The position numbers and the translations under genes are program-made. Source: Basidiobolus meristosporus CBS 931.73 (taxonomy: Eukaryota > Fungi > Basidiobolomycota). Taken from it: a DNA stretch of 64,000 nucleotides. The notes under the pieces were generated by a model. The model saw only the letters and a program-made list of their open reading frames with translations. It was not told where the DNA came from and did no database searches. The stretch lies in the NCBI GenBank assembly GCA_002104905.1, contig MCFE01000351.1:24611-88610 (forward strand). Reading direction: 5' to 3'. Shown here piece after piece: positions 55,560 to 64,000 of this stretch; position 1 is the stretch's first letter, and each line of letters begins with the position of its first letter.

Positions 55560-56080
55560 CTTTGTTGACTAGCCCACTGCTGGGGTGGTTGTAGATCTAC
55601 TCACAAAAGCATTGGCCAGAGGCAAATTTAAATATCATACTTTACAATTAGGCACAGTCAATATAGAAATCTAGTTGAGTGGGAGTGTGGTAAATGTTGT
55701 AACTACACCTGGGTATTGACATAGTTTAGTCCCATAAGTCACAGTCTACAATTTTTGAAGTGCTCTACCCAGGCTACTTGTAAGAACTCACATGGAAAAT
55801 TTTCACAAAAATTTCAGGTTTACAGGGCTTAGAAAGTTTCAGTAGTTGAAAACCTTCAAGCTTTACACACATGTTCTTTGGACCTTCTAGTACCTATTTT
55901 CTCAGCTTGTTTGCCAAGATCATGTACAAGTACAAATACCACATTTACATTTCATAAGTTATTAAGCAAGAACTATAATATCTGCTTGTTTGCCAAGTCA
56001 CTGCTAATATCTCTAAAACACTCAAAATATAATCTACCCATCATCCAATCACTTTTAATATTTTCAAAACTTTTACAACA
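55560..56080 (+). mobile_element. Ty1/Copia 3' end remnant (RNase H tail, PPT, LTR)
   Basis: DLLTKALARGKFKY..LG, then GAGTGGGAG, then TG at 55686; LTR-C-like sequence ends ACAACA at 56080. More LTR-C debris continues to about 56450. Confidence 0.7.
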
Positions 56081-57805
56081 ATCACTCAATGAACTGTTGA
56101 ATGTAAAAGTGGTCCCTGTGCTTTTGCATGGTCTTGGCAACCAAATATGTAGAATATGCTCAGGAAAGTACCAAGAGTTGCAAGAGTTTTGGAGATATTA
56201 AAAGCAATTGGGAGAAAAAATAGACTATATGATCTTCACTTAGTAAATTATTGTATGTAAGAGTAGTATTTGTATTTTACAAGGTCTTGGCAAAATATAC
56301 ACATAGAATATGTTAAGGAAGGCCTCAAGAACATGTGTGCAAAGTTTGGGCCTTTGGACAGCATACCTATTTTTCATGTCCTGGATAGCTGATATTTTTG
56401 TAAAGTATTCAAGTAAATTCCGACAAGAGGTTTGGACTCTACGATTTGTAGATTATGATATAAGCGAACAAGTTGGGTGGATCTTTATGTGTAATTACAA
56501 AATTTATGATAGGTATCTTTCAGTAAATAAGTAACAGTAGGTGAATTTCTGATGAGTGAAATAAACCTTGAAAGTAAAGGCTTTTCCAAAAAGAATGGCT
56601 AGTAAAGTGGAGAATCAGAGAACTCCTTGAAGGTTTTGGTTACAGGGCTCAAAAGAAAAAAAGTTGGGGATATCCGCAGAAAAGCAGAAAACTCCTTTTC
56701 AATACCTTTATCAAGAACACTATTCAACATCAAAAAAGCCTTTGACGTAGCGACGATAATTTTGGAAAAATGGAATCACACGATAATGTAAGGAGGCTGG
56801 AGATGTTTGGGAATTTCGAATCGAATGTGGCACTGGCAGGCTGCTGAGCCATTCTGATTTCCTCTACGAAATGGTGCGTTTTCCGTTCGACATTGGGGTG
56901 CAGACATTTGAACAGCTTTGCTGAAAGATCCGGAGAAGTCGGATTTCGGGATATTTTGGTAAGTAGCACCGGCATTAATACGGCTAGTATAATCTATTGT
57001 TAACTCGTTGACCTAAGTAAGGGAATGTCAACAAAAGTCAATCTAGACTGAGAAGAGCAAGGTCACGAACGTTGTCACTGGCATATAGCAAAAAACCACC
57101 AATTAGGGCGAAAACGATTCCAACGATAAATAAAATGAGGAGGACAGTTTTGGGAGTGAGAATTGGTTGCCGGGCCTTTAATCTTTGCTGCTTGAAAGCA
57201 TTATCTGTAGAAGTACACAGGTTAAATAAATGAAAGAAGACTTAATACTTCGAAAGAAACCTGCTTTCTGGCTTTTTGGATTCAACTTCCGGCTCCATCT
57301 GTAGATAAAGCTGGCCGAGAAAAAGAAGTCAAAGGTTATATTGACGGAGTGACGTCTGGAATTTTAAAAAATACGAGCAATTATTGTGGGCGAGGGAATA
57401 GTCATCGAATTCAGTAACGATCAATTTATTCTAATCAACTCTAGTAGTGGTAGTAGGCTAAGCAAGGCAACTATGCAGTAATGCCATCCCTGAAACTGAT
57501 TGTTTGCTTAAAGTGTGATTTCTAGTGATTTCTATATAAATAATGTCACTTTGATCGAGAAGTTTCACAAGAGCCAAGCCATGCATCAGGTTAATTTAAT
57601 CAAGAATTAGGCTAATCTGGAGGGCCGCTATCAGGCCATGGTTTTAAACTGAGCATTTACACAAGATGATGGACATATGTGGGTTCTGTTTACAATTGAA
57701 AAGATATTTTTATTTGTTTGATTTTCCTAGTGACAAATTGGAAGTTTATAGACAAATAGTGTCAGATGATTGTTGGTGGGTATTCACAAAGATATAACTG
57801 CAGCG

Positions 57806-58773
57806 TCATTTGTTTACATGAGCCAGATAAGTCAATATTGCTTGGTCTTGACGATGGTTGGCTCTACTTGAACCTTTTGGTGCAATGCAATCATTGACCA
57901 AGGTACACGCTTTGAAAGGGCGAACAAGGGAACTCATGACAGTTTGGTTCAAAGAATCAACGCCAATCATTGCACCGTTGCAGTTCCTGAGCTTGGGATG
58001 GTTTGTCATCTGACGCTTGAAGTATTCAAACACCCCTGGATGCATATAGCCTTTGACTTTTCCGCTACTAACTGGACTCCAGAATCCATGTTCGTCGACG
58101 TATGTTCCAGCTTTGTGGAGAAAGTGAGGAAACATTGGTTTCCAGAGTCCATCCAAAGGATTGTCCTAGGAAACTCGTCCACTACCATGTGAATAATGCC
58201 AGCTTTCTAGTCATATCCACTTCGGCTTTTGGTTACATCACAAAATTGAGGATATTTAGCGAAATCGAACTCCTTCAATCGGTGAAGATAGCCTTTCTCC
58301 CATACAACTTGCAATTTGGAGCGCTCCTCCCACCCCAAATTGAGATTGTATACCACGATTCTAGGTAGTCCCGATATCTTCAAGAACACCTTGGGGTCGT
58401 GAAGGGAGTAAAGAAATCCAAACAACGGGCAAATATGGGTTGAACTTGCTGCAGTAACGATAGCATACCGCAAATCGTTGGGATTGGGATTTGTTTGGCG
58501 TTCTGGAAAAGTCAGTCAGTAAGATAACTACGCCAGGCCGTACTGTATGATGCACTTACCTCCATCACAGAAAATCTCCTCCTTAAATACGTGTAGCAGG
58601 ACCAGGCCATACAATATTGCTCCAGTAAGTAGCACTTCTAATTATAGCAAAATGATCCTCCTGGCGCAAAAAGACGAGTAGCCATTGTTGGCACAAGGGC
58701 TAACCCTTTTGTATTCAGCTGAAAAGTTGCTTTTCTTCGGATGAAACGTCTTTGAGATGCTCATGGTGAACAT
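57806..58773 (-). pseudogene. DUF1647-like type II membrane protein (putative glycosyltransferase-like), pseudogene
   Basis: Motifs AIVTAASSTH, FDFAKYP, LWMDSG, GFWSPVSSG, HPG, NCNG, CIAPKGSSRANHRQDQ. Intron 58503-58559. Lesions: TAA at 58642-58644, TAG at 58207-58209 replacing the W of the YAWK motif, and a frameshift near 58120-58150. Confidence 0.75.
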
Positions 58774-59340
58774 TAACACCCTTTGCAAACACAGAATCAC
58801 GCTTGATGTGGCAGGTGATTCAGTAGTAAAATAACCTCAATCTATTCAACAAATCGTTGCTAGAGAGGAGTCAACGATCCAAGTGGGTTGCAAGCGCCGG
58901 CTGTACAGATGGATCCATACATATCTCTTCCAATCAACATCTGATACGGGGAAGCTTTCAAAAAAAGCAACAAGGTGAGGGAGTAGCGTTGATAATCAGA
59001 AGATTTATGATACGATTGGGATAGGAAATCCAAACGTTAAGTTGGGAGGAGAGATCTGGTCCCGAGTGCTTTGGTTGATTATGTTTGGAACTTCAGTAAA
59101 GATCGCTATTACAAAAAGACCTGTTCTTCTGCACAGCTTACCCAAATACTTCAAATTTGCGATTTCTCATAGCTTTTCTTTATATGAAGTCCAAATTGCA
59201 CTGTCCAAGTTGCATAGAACACAAACAAAATACATATCCCAGTCTTGACAATAGAATCCCCACAGCAGCTCCCTTGCATCTTTAGACTCAACATGGCCTC
59301 TACTCACTGCTACATATACCATGTGATTGTAGATATTTTA

Positions 59341-59689
59341 TGTTGTAAGAGTATTGGGGATACTGGAAGTGATTGGGAGAACAAGTAGATCATGAGGTTT
59401 TCACTTAATGATTAATTGAATGCAAAAGTAGTATTTATACTTTTACATGATCTTGGCATAGCAAACATGTAGAATAGGTTAATGAAGGTCCCAAGAACAT
59501 TTGTGCAAAGTTTGGGGCTGTTTGGACAACTTTGAGAATCTTCATGTTCTGGGTACCTGGTATTTTGGTGAAAAAATTCTAAGTAAATCCCAACAAGGAA
59601 TTTGGTCAGTATTCTCTAGGATTTAAAGGTAATGATCTAAGTGACTAAGTTAGGTGAGTATTTAGGTGGAATTACAAACTTTTACAACA
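59341..59689 (-). repeat. 3' LTR of Copia (LTR-C, 349 bp)
   Basis: TGTTGTAA...TTACAACA next to the PPT (GAGTGGGAG on the minus strand). Confidence 0.85.
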
Positions 59690-61640
59690 CTCCCACTCAG
59701 CTAAATGTTCATACTGACTAGTCCTAATTTTGACGTAAGATATTCAAACTTGTCTCTAGCTAATGGTTTGGTAAATATGTCTGCAATCATTTCATCTGCA
59801 GGACAGTAAATTAAGCTAGCTAAGTTATTCTCTATAGCTTCATGTATGAAATGATGTCCAATATATATGTGCTTGGTTTAAGTATGAAAAGTTGGATTAC
59901 TACCTAATTGTATACATCCTTGATTATTTTGAAATAAAGTAATAGGTGTTTTTTAACATAGGCCTGAAATCTGTAAAAAGCTTTCTTAACCACATTGCTT
60001 CTCTTGTAGCTTCACAGGCTGCCATGTACTCAGCCTCTGTGGTAGAAATTGCTAATGTTGGTTGCTTTCTTGAATTCCATAAAATTGCTCCTTTGGAGTA
60101 AAGAAAGGTGTATCCTGTGGTGGATCTGCTGTTTTCCAAATTTTGTCCCCAATCAGCATCAGAGTATCCCACAAGATCCTGTTCTGAATCCTTATAAGTG
60201 TATCTTAAGCAGATATTGGCAGTTCCTTTTAGGTATCTAAAAATCCGCTTAACTGCTGCAATATGATCAGATCCATAGTTCTGATTATGTTGGCTGACAA
60301 CTCCCACTGAGTATAAGATATCTGGACATGTTCCAAGCATGATACACATTAGACGGCCAATCATAGATTGATAAGGAAAGTCAGGGCTTTCAGATGGTGA
60401 CAAGCTCTCTTGATTTGGTTAAGTTTTGACCAAGTTAAGATTTGTCACCATTGGGGTAGCTGCCGGTTTACAGTCTTCTATTTGGTACTTCTTTAGTTTA
60501 TCTTCAACATACTTGGATTGGCTTAGGGAATAGTCTGGGTAATTCTGTCTGTTGAGAACTTAATCCCTAAGTGGTAACTGAGTTCTCCTAGATCAAGCAT
60601 CTTGAACTCTTTAGATTGGCTGACTTAGTCTCTTCCAATGTTGCAAGATTATTGGCAGCTATAATAAGATCATCCACATATAGAGCTAATACAGCTGGAT
60701 TTGCTCTATCTGGCTTATAGTATATACTATAGTCAGCATTACTCCTTTTGAAACTCAAAGATTTCAAATAAGAATCTATCTTGCAATTCCAGGCTCTTGG
60801 TGATTGTTTGAGACCATATTGTGACTTTTTAAGCTTGCAGACCAAATGGGGGTTATCTTGGTCAGCAAACCCATCAGGCTGGTCCATATATACCTCCTCA
60901 TCTAGCACTCCATTCAAAAATGCAGCTTTTACATCCATTTGATGAATAAAGAACTAATATTTGGCTGCAATAGCCAATATTAATCTGATGGAATTAGACT
61001 TGGCTACCAGTGCAAAGGTCTCAGTATAGTCAAGTCCTTTTGTTTGAGAGTATCCTTTGGCCACAAGTCTTGCTTTGTATCTTTCAATTGTACCATCAGC
61101 CTTGTAATTTGTCTTGAAGACCCATCTGCATCCAATTGATTTTTAGTTGATTGGTAATTTGACTAAGTCCCAAGTTTGATTTTCCATCAGGGCCTGATAT
61201 TCCTCAGTCATTGCTGATTTCCAAAACTTTTTCTGAGGGCTATTTAGGGGCTCTTTTACAGTCTGGGGCTCATCAATATTGACTGAATAGGCATAGGCTA
61301 AGTTTGTGCCCTCATTGATATAGTAATTTGGGCTATTTCTTGTCCAATTGGATCTCCAGGCATTTGGCACTGAATTGATCACTCCTGGGATATTCCAGGG
61401 CACTGATTCTGGCTGAACCATGGCTGTAGAGTTCTCTGGAATGAGAAATTTTTCATTGTTTTGCTCTGATTCAATCCTGACGATTGGTGGACTTGAGATC
61501 AGATTTTTGTCATCATCTGATGTCATTTTTGTGAAAATTTTGAGCTTTTATCAAACAACACATCCCTGGACTTGATTAGCTTCTTTACTTTGGTATTGTA
61601 GAGTCTGTATGCATTACCCTCATTGCAGTAGCCCAAAAAT
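59341..61640 (-). mobile_element. Ty1/Copia retrotransposon, 5'-truncated (integrase tail, RT, RNase H, PPT, 3' LTR)
   Basis: FLGY..AYRLY..SRDVLF; [20 protein letters not shown]; LYVDDL; GYSDADW..RSTTGY..STTEAEYMA. Contains frameshifts. Confidence 0.92.
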
Positions 61641-61650
61641 AGGGTTAGGG
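61640..61650 (+). repeat. Interstitial telomeric repeat TAGGGTTAGGG at the Copia/LINE junction
   Basis: Lies exactly where Copia homology stops, has the same polarity as the terminal telomere, and is followed by GGGGG. Confidence 0.8.
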
Positions 61651-63771
61651 GGGGGAGACAGTCACCAACAGGTGAAATCTTTATTTCATTTGAAACAAAG
61701 AAGCCAGCGCTACTGTTGTAGCTTTGATACAAGAGTGTGTAGCTGAGGGGAATTTGTAGGTAAGTTAATAAGAAGTGATGATAGTTCTTCAGTGCTCAAG
61801 ACACTGTTCAGTGGGAAGGGGGGTAGCAAGAGAGGTAAGAATGACTTGTGAACAACATTAATGAGGGGAATGTGATAAGGATTGATATTCATCATAAAGG
61901 GAGTGTGCTGCTGCAGATATTGCTGCCAAAGGTCTGTCAAGTACTTCAGGTAGGCCAGCTTGGGTTTTTCTGACTGCAGAATAAATTCTGCAAACTTCTT
62001 GACTTCAGGATCTCCAAGTATAGTTCTCCAGCAGGAGCCAGGTGTTGTGTGGTGTGTTCTCTTCCAGGCCTTAATCAGTGGGTTGTTGCAGTGGTGAAGT
62101 CTGAGATATAATCTGGTTCTAAGGTAGAGAAGTCTGATCTTATAGGGCATAAACCCAAAAGCACCAAGAATAGCATGTCTGTAGGGGCATTCAGGCAAAT
62201 GAGGCACCAAGGAGGTAATGCACCATACTGCAAACTTGTCAAGCTTAGTGCAGTCTCTAGAAGTAAGAGAGAGAAGTGGTAAGCCAAATTCCAGTACAGG
62301 GAAGACAAACTGCTTGAGTAGAAGAAGGCAGCTGGGAGCTGAAGTTGTAGGAGGAGTAACAGCCAGTAGCTTGTGGAGTGCCTGTCTTGCCAGGATAATT
62401 CTCTTCTTCAGGTGTGCTCCAGAGTCTAGTCCAGTAGGAAGGAAAGGAAAGCCAAGATATGTAGCAGAAACCTGAGCAGGTAGAGTGGAGTTCTCTAAGG
62501 TGATGGGAGAGCCCAAAGGTACTGTCTTTGCAATGGAAAGCTGGAGATTATTCTTCTGCAGATACTGGTGGATGGTCTGGGAGTCTTGTTGCACATTGGA
62601 GGAGGATATTCTGATGTCATCAGCAAAGAGAGTAACCAGGCAGTCAGCTGAGAGTCTTGGGAAATCATTCAGGAAGATGGCAAACAGTATAGGACCAAGC
62701 ACAGAGCCTTGAACCACTCCATTAGGAACTGAGAACACAGCTGATTGCTCACTTGGGTGCAGAATTCTTGCTTGTGGATCCAGAAACAGGGACCTGACAA
62801 GGAGGGTGAGAGAGGTACTGGAGAAGCATTGCAACTTGGACCAAAGCAGATTTCTGTCAACTGAATCAAAGGCCTTAGTAATATCAAACAGAACAGAGGG
62901 ATACTTGCACTGGAGAGAGTGATCTTGGCTAAGTATGACTGCATATTCCAAGGAGAGGCCAGGAACAAAGCCAAACTGTGCAGGATGAAACTTGAGGGAG
63001 TCAGAGTAGAGCTCCTGAGCAAGCAGAAGCTCAAACACCTTTCTGCAGGTGGGCAGCAGAGATATTGGCCTGTAGGAGCTAGGATCCAGGTGCTTTCCTT
63101 TACCCTTGTACAGTGGCAGAACATTTGCAAAGGACCATTCCTCAGGAGTAGAAAGCTGGGCTGAGCATTGCTGAAACAGTGGAAGCAGAAGTGCAGACAT
63201 GGCCTTGGTACTAGTCTTCAGAAGCTCATAGGAGATTGTGTCCACACCTGGAGCAGTAGAGTTGGGAAGCCTCTTGAGCACATTATGGATTCTCCTTTGA
63301 TCAAGTGCAAGTGGGATGGGCAGAGTCTTGAAGTCAGGATGAAAGCCAGGAGTTGAGTACTGCTTTGTAGAGAAGAAGATGTTAGCCAGCTGTTCTGTTG
63401 AAGGTAACTTCCTGGAAGAGGGCCTCATTGCCCTGTAGAGTCTTGATACTGTTCTTGTTATAGAGTTGGAAGATTGCAGAGGCAAGGAACTCATAATATG
63501 ATCCCAGAGCTGAGTATGCAGAGTGTGGTGAATTGCCTTGGAGTGGTGTATTGCTGTCAGGAGGAGTTTCTCTGTTTTTGGGTTAGGGAAGCTCAGGTAG
63601 CTTTGTTGCAGGGCTGAAACAATGGATTCCCATTTTCTTGAGGTAACAGCAGTAGTCTTGCATGGCAGTGAGAGGGAGGCAGACACCAGAATCAGATGCT
63701 CCACAAAGAGCCAGGCAAAGTTGAGATCATCTGGCAGAGAAAGTAGCAAACTGGCAAGCTTCAAGTAGTTC
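61651..63771 (-). mobile_element. Telomere-terminal non-LTR (LINE-type) retroelement, 5'-truncated
   Basis: Intact RT ORF plus a short 3' UTR containing AATAAA. The sense strand ends in a C-run followed by CCCTAACCCTA; the 5' end abuts the telomere. Confidence 0.88.
61710..63764 (-). CDS. Non-LTR reverse transcriptase, at least 684 aa, N-terminus truncated
   Basis: APGVDTISYELLK, KGKG..PSSYRPISLL..RKVFE, QFGF, DITKAFDSV, GVVQGSVLGPILF, LFADDI, YLGF. The listed start is TTG and the frame stays open into the telomere. Confidence 0.93.
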   Translation of the reverse strand: MKLASLLLSLPDDLNFAWLFVEHLILVSASLSLPCKTTAVTSRKWESIVSALQQSYLSFPNPKTEKLLLTAIHHSKAIHHTLHTQLWDHIMSSLPLQSSNSITRTVSRLYRAMRPSSRKLPSTEQLANIFFSTKQYSTPGFHPDFKTLPIPLALDQRRIHNVLKRLPNSTAPGVDTISYELLKTSTKAMSALLLPLFQQCSAQLSTPEEWSFANVLPLYKGKGKHLDPSSYRPISLLPTCRKVFELLLAQELYSDSLKFHPAQFGFVPGLSLEYAVILSQDHSLQCKYPSVLFDITKAFDSVDRNLLWSKLQCFSSTSLTLLVRSLFLDPQARILHPSEQSAVFSVPNGVVQGSVLGPILFAIFLNDFPRLSADCLVTLFADDIRISSSNVQQDSQTIHQYLQKNNLQLSIAKTVPLGSPITLENSTLPAQVSATYLGFPFLPTGLDSGAHLKKRIILARQALHKLLAVTPPTTSAPSCLLLLKQFVFPVLEFGLPLLSLTSRDCTKLDKFAVWCITSLVPHLPECPYRHAILGAFGFMPYKIRLLYLRTRLYLRLHHCNNPLIKAWKRTHHTTPGSCWRTILGDPEVKKFAEFILQSEKPKLAYLKYLTDLWQQYLQQHTPFMMNINPYHIPLINVVHKSFLPLLLPPFPLNSVLSTEELSSLLINLPTNSPQLHTLVSKLQQ

Positions 63772-64000
63772 TTAGGGTTAGGGTTAGGGTTAGGGTTAGG
63801 GTTAGGGTTAGGGTTAGGGTTAGGGTTAGGGTTAGGGTTAGGGTTAGGGTTAGGGTTAGGGTTAGGGTTAGGGTTAGGGTTAGGGTTAGGGTTAGGGTTA
63901 GGGTTAGGGTTAGGGTTAGGGTTAGGGTTAGGGTTAGGGTTAGGGTTAGGGTTAGGGTTAGGGTTAGGGTTAGGGTTAGGGTTAGGGTTAGGGTTAGGGT
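63772..64000 (+). repeat. Telomere (TTAGGG)n, 38 full repeats to the window end
   Basis: Perfect TTAGGG array, 229 bp. Confidence 0.99.

Noticed and set aside
56730-56975. 81-aa minus-strand ORF in a CpG-retaining patch
   Set aside because: No recognisable motif or supported exon structure, so it is not called as a CDS.
62075-63356. Short alternative-frame and antisense ORFs overlapping the RT
   Set aside because: These are shadows of the long ORF with no independent motifs.
61710-63764. Telomerase (TERT) or Penelope-like (Coprina/Athena) identity for the terminal RT
   Set aside because: Motifs APGxD, YRPISLL, KAFDSV and QGSVLGP are non-LTR/LINE-type; no TERT T-motif or PLE-type signature is visible.

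Overview
This is the right-hand end of a eukaryotic chromosome, most likely a fungus (54-59 nt GT..CTAAC..AG introns, TTAGGG telomere; an early-diverging lineage is inferred from STEAP and DUF1647-like genes). Bases 1-42.7k are nested, decayed, CpG-depleted transposons: two Ty3/gypsy families with solo LTRs, about ten CACTA/Tnp2-type transposase relics, a PIF/Harbinger-superfamily relic and long palindromic MITE-like elements. From 42.7k to 59.2k, CpG-retaining host-gene islands alternate with Copia LTRs; they include an intact 3-exon STEAP-like metalloreductase, a recently broken DUF1647-like pseudogene and unresolved genes. The most striking structure is the last 4.7 kb. A Copia element is cut off inside its integrase and joined through TAGGGTTAGGG to the 3' end of a LINE-type reverse transcriptase element. 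That element's ORF is intact, has no CpG by my scan, is 5'-truncated, and runs directly into about 38 TTAGGG repeats. This is the footprint expected of a telomere-targeted, chromosome-end-primed retroelement. All domain calls are by eye from motifs; no database search was run.
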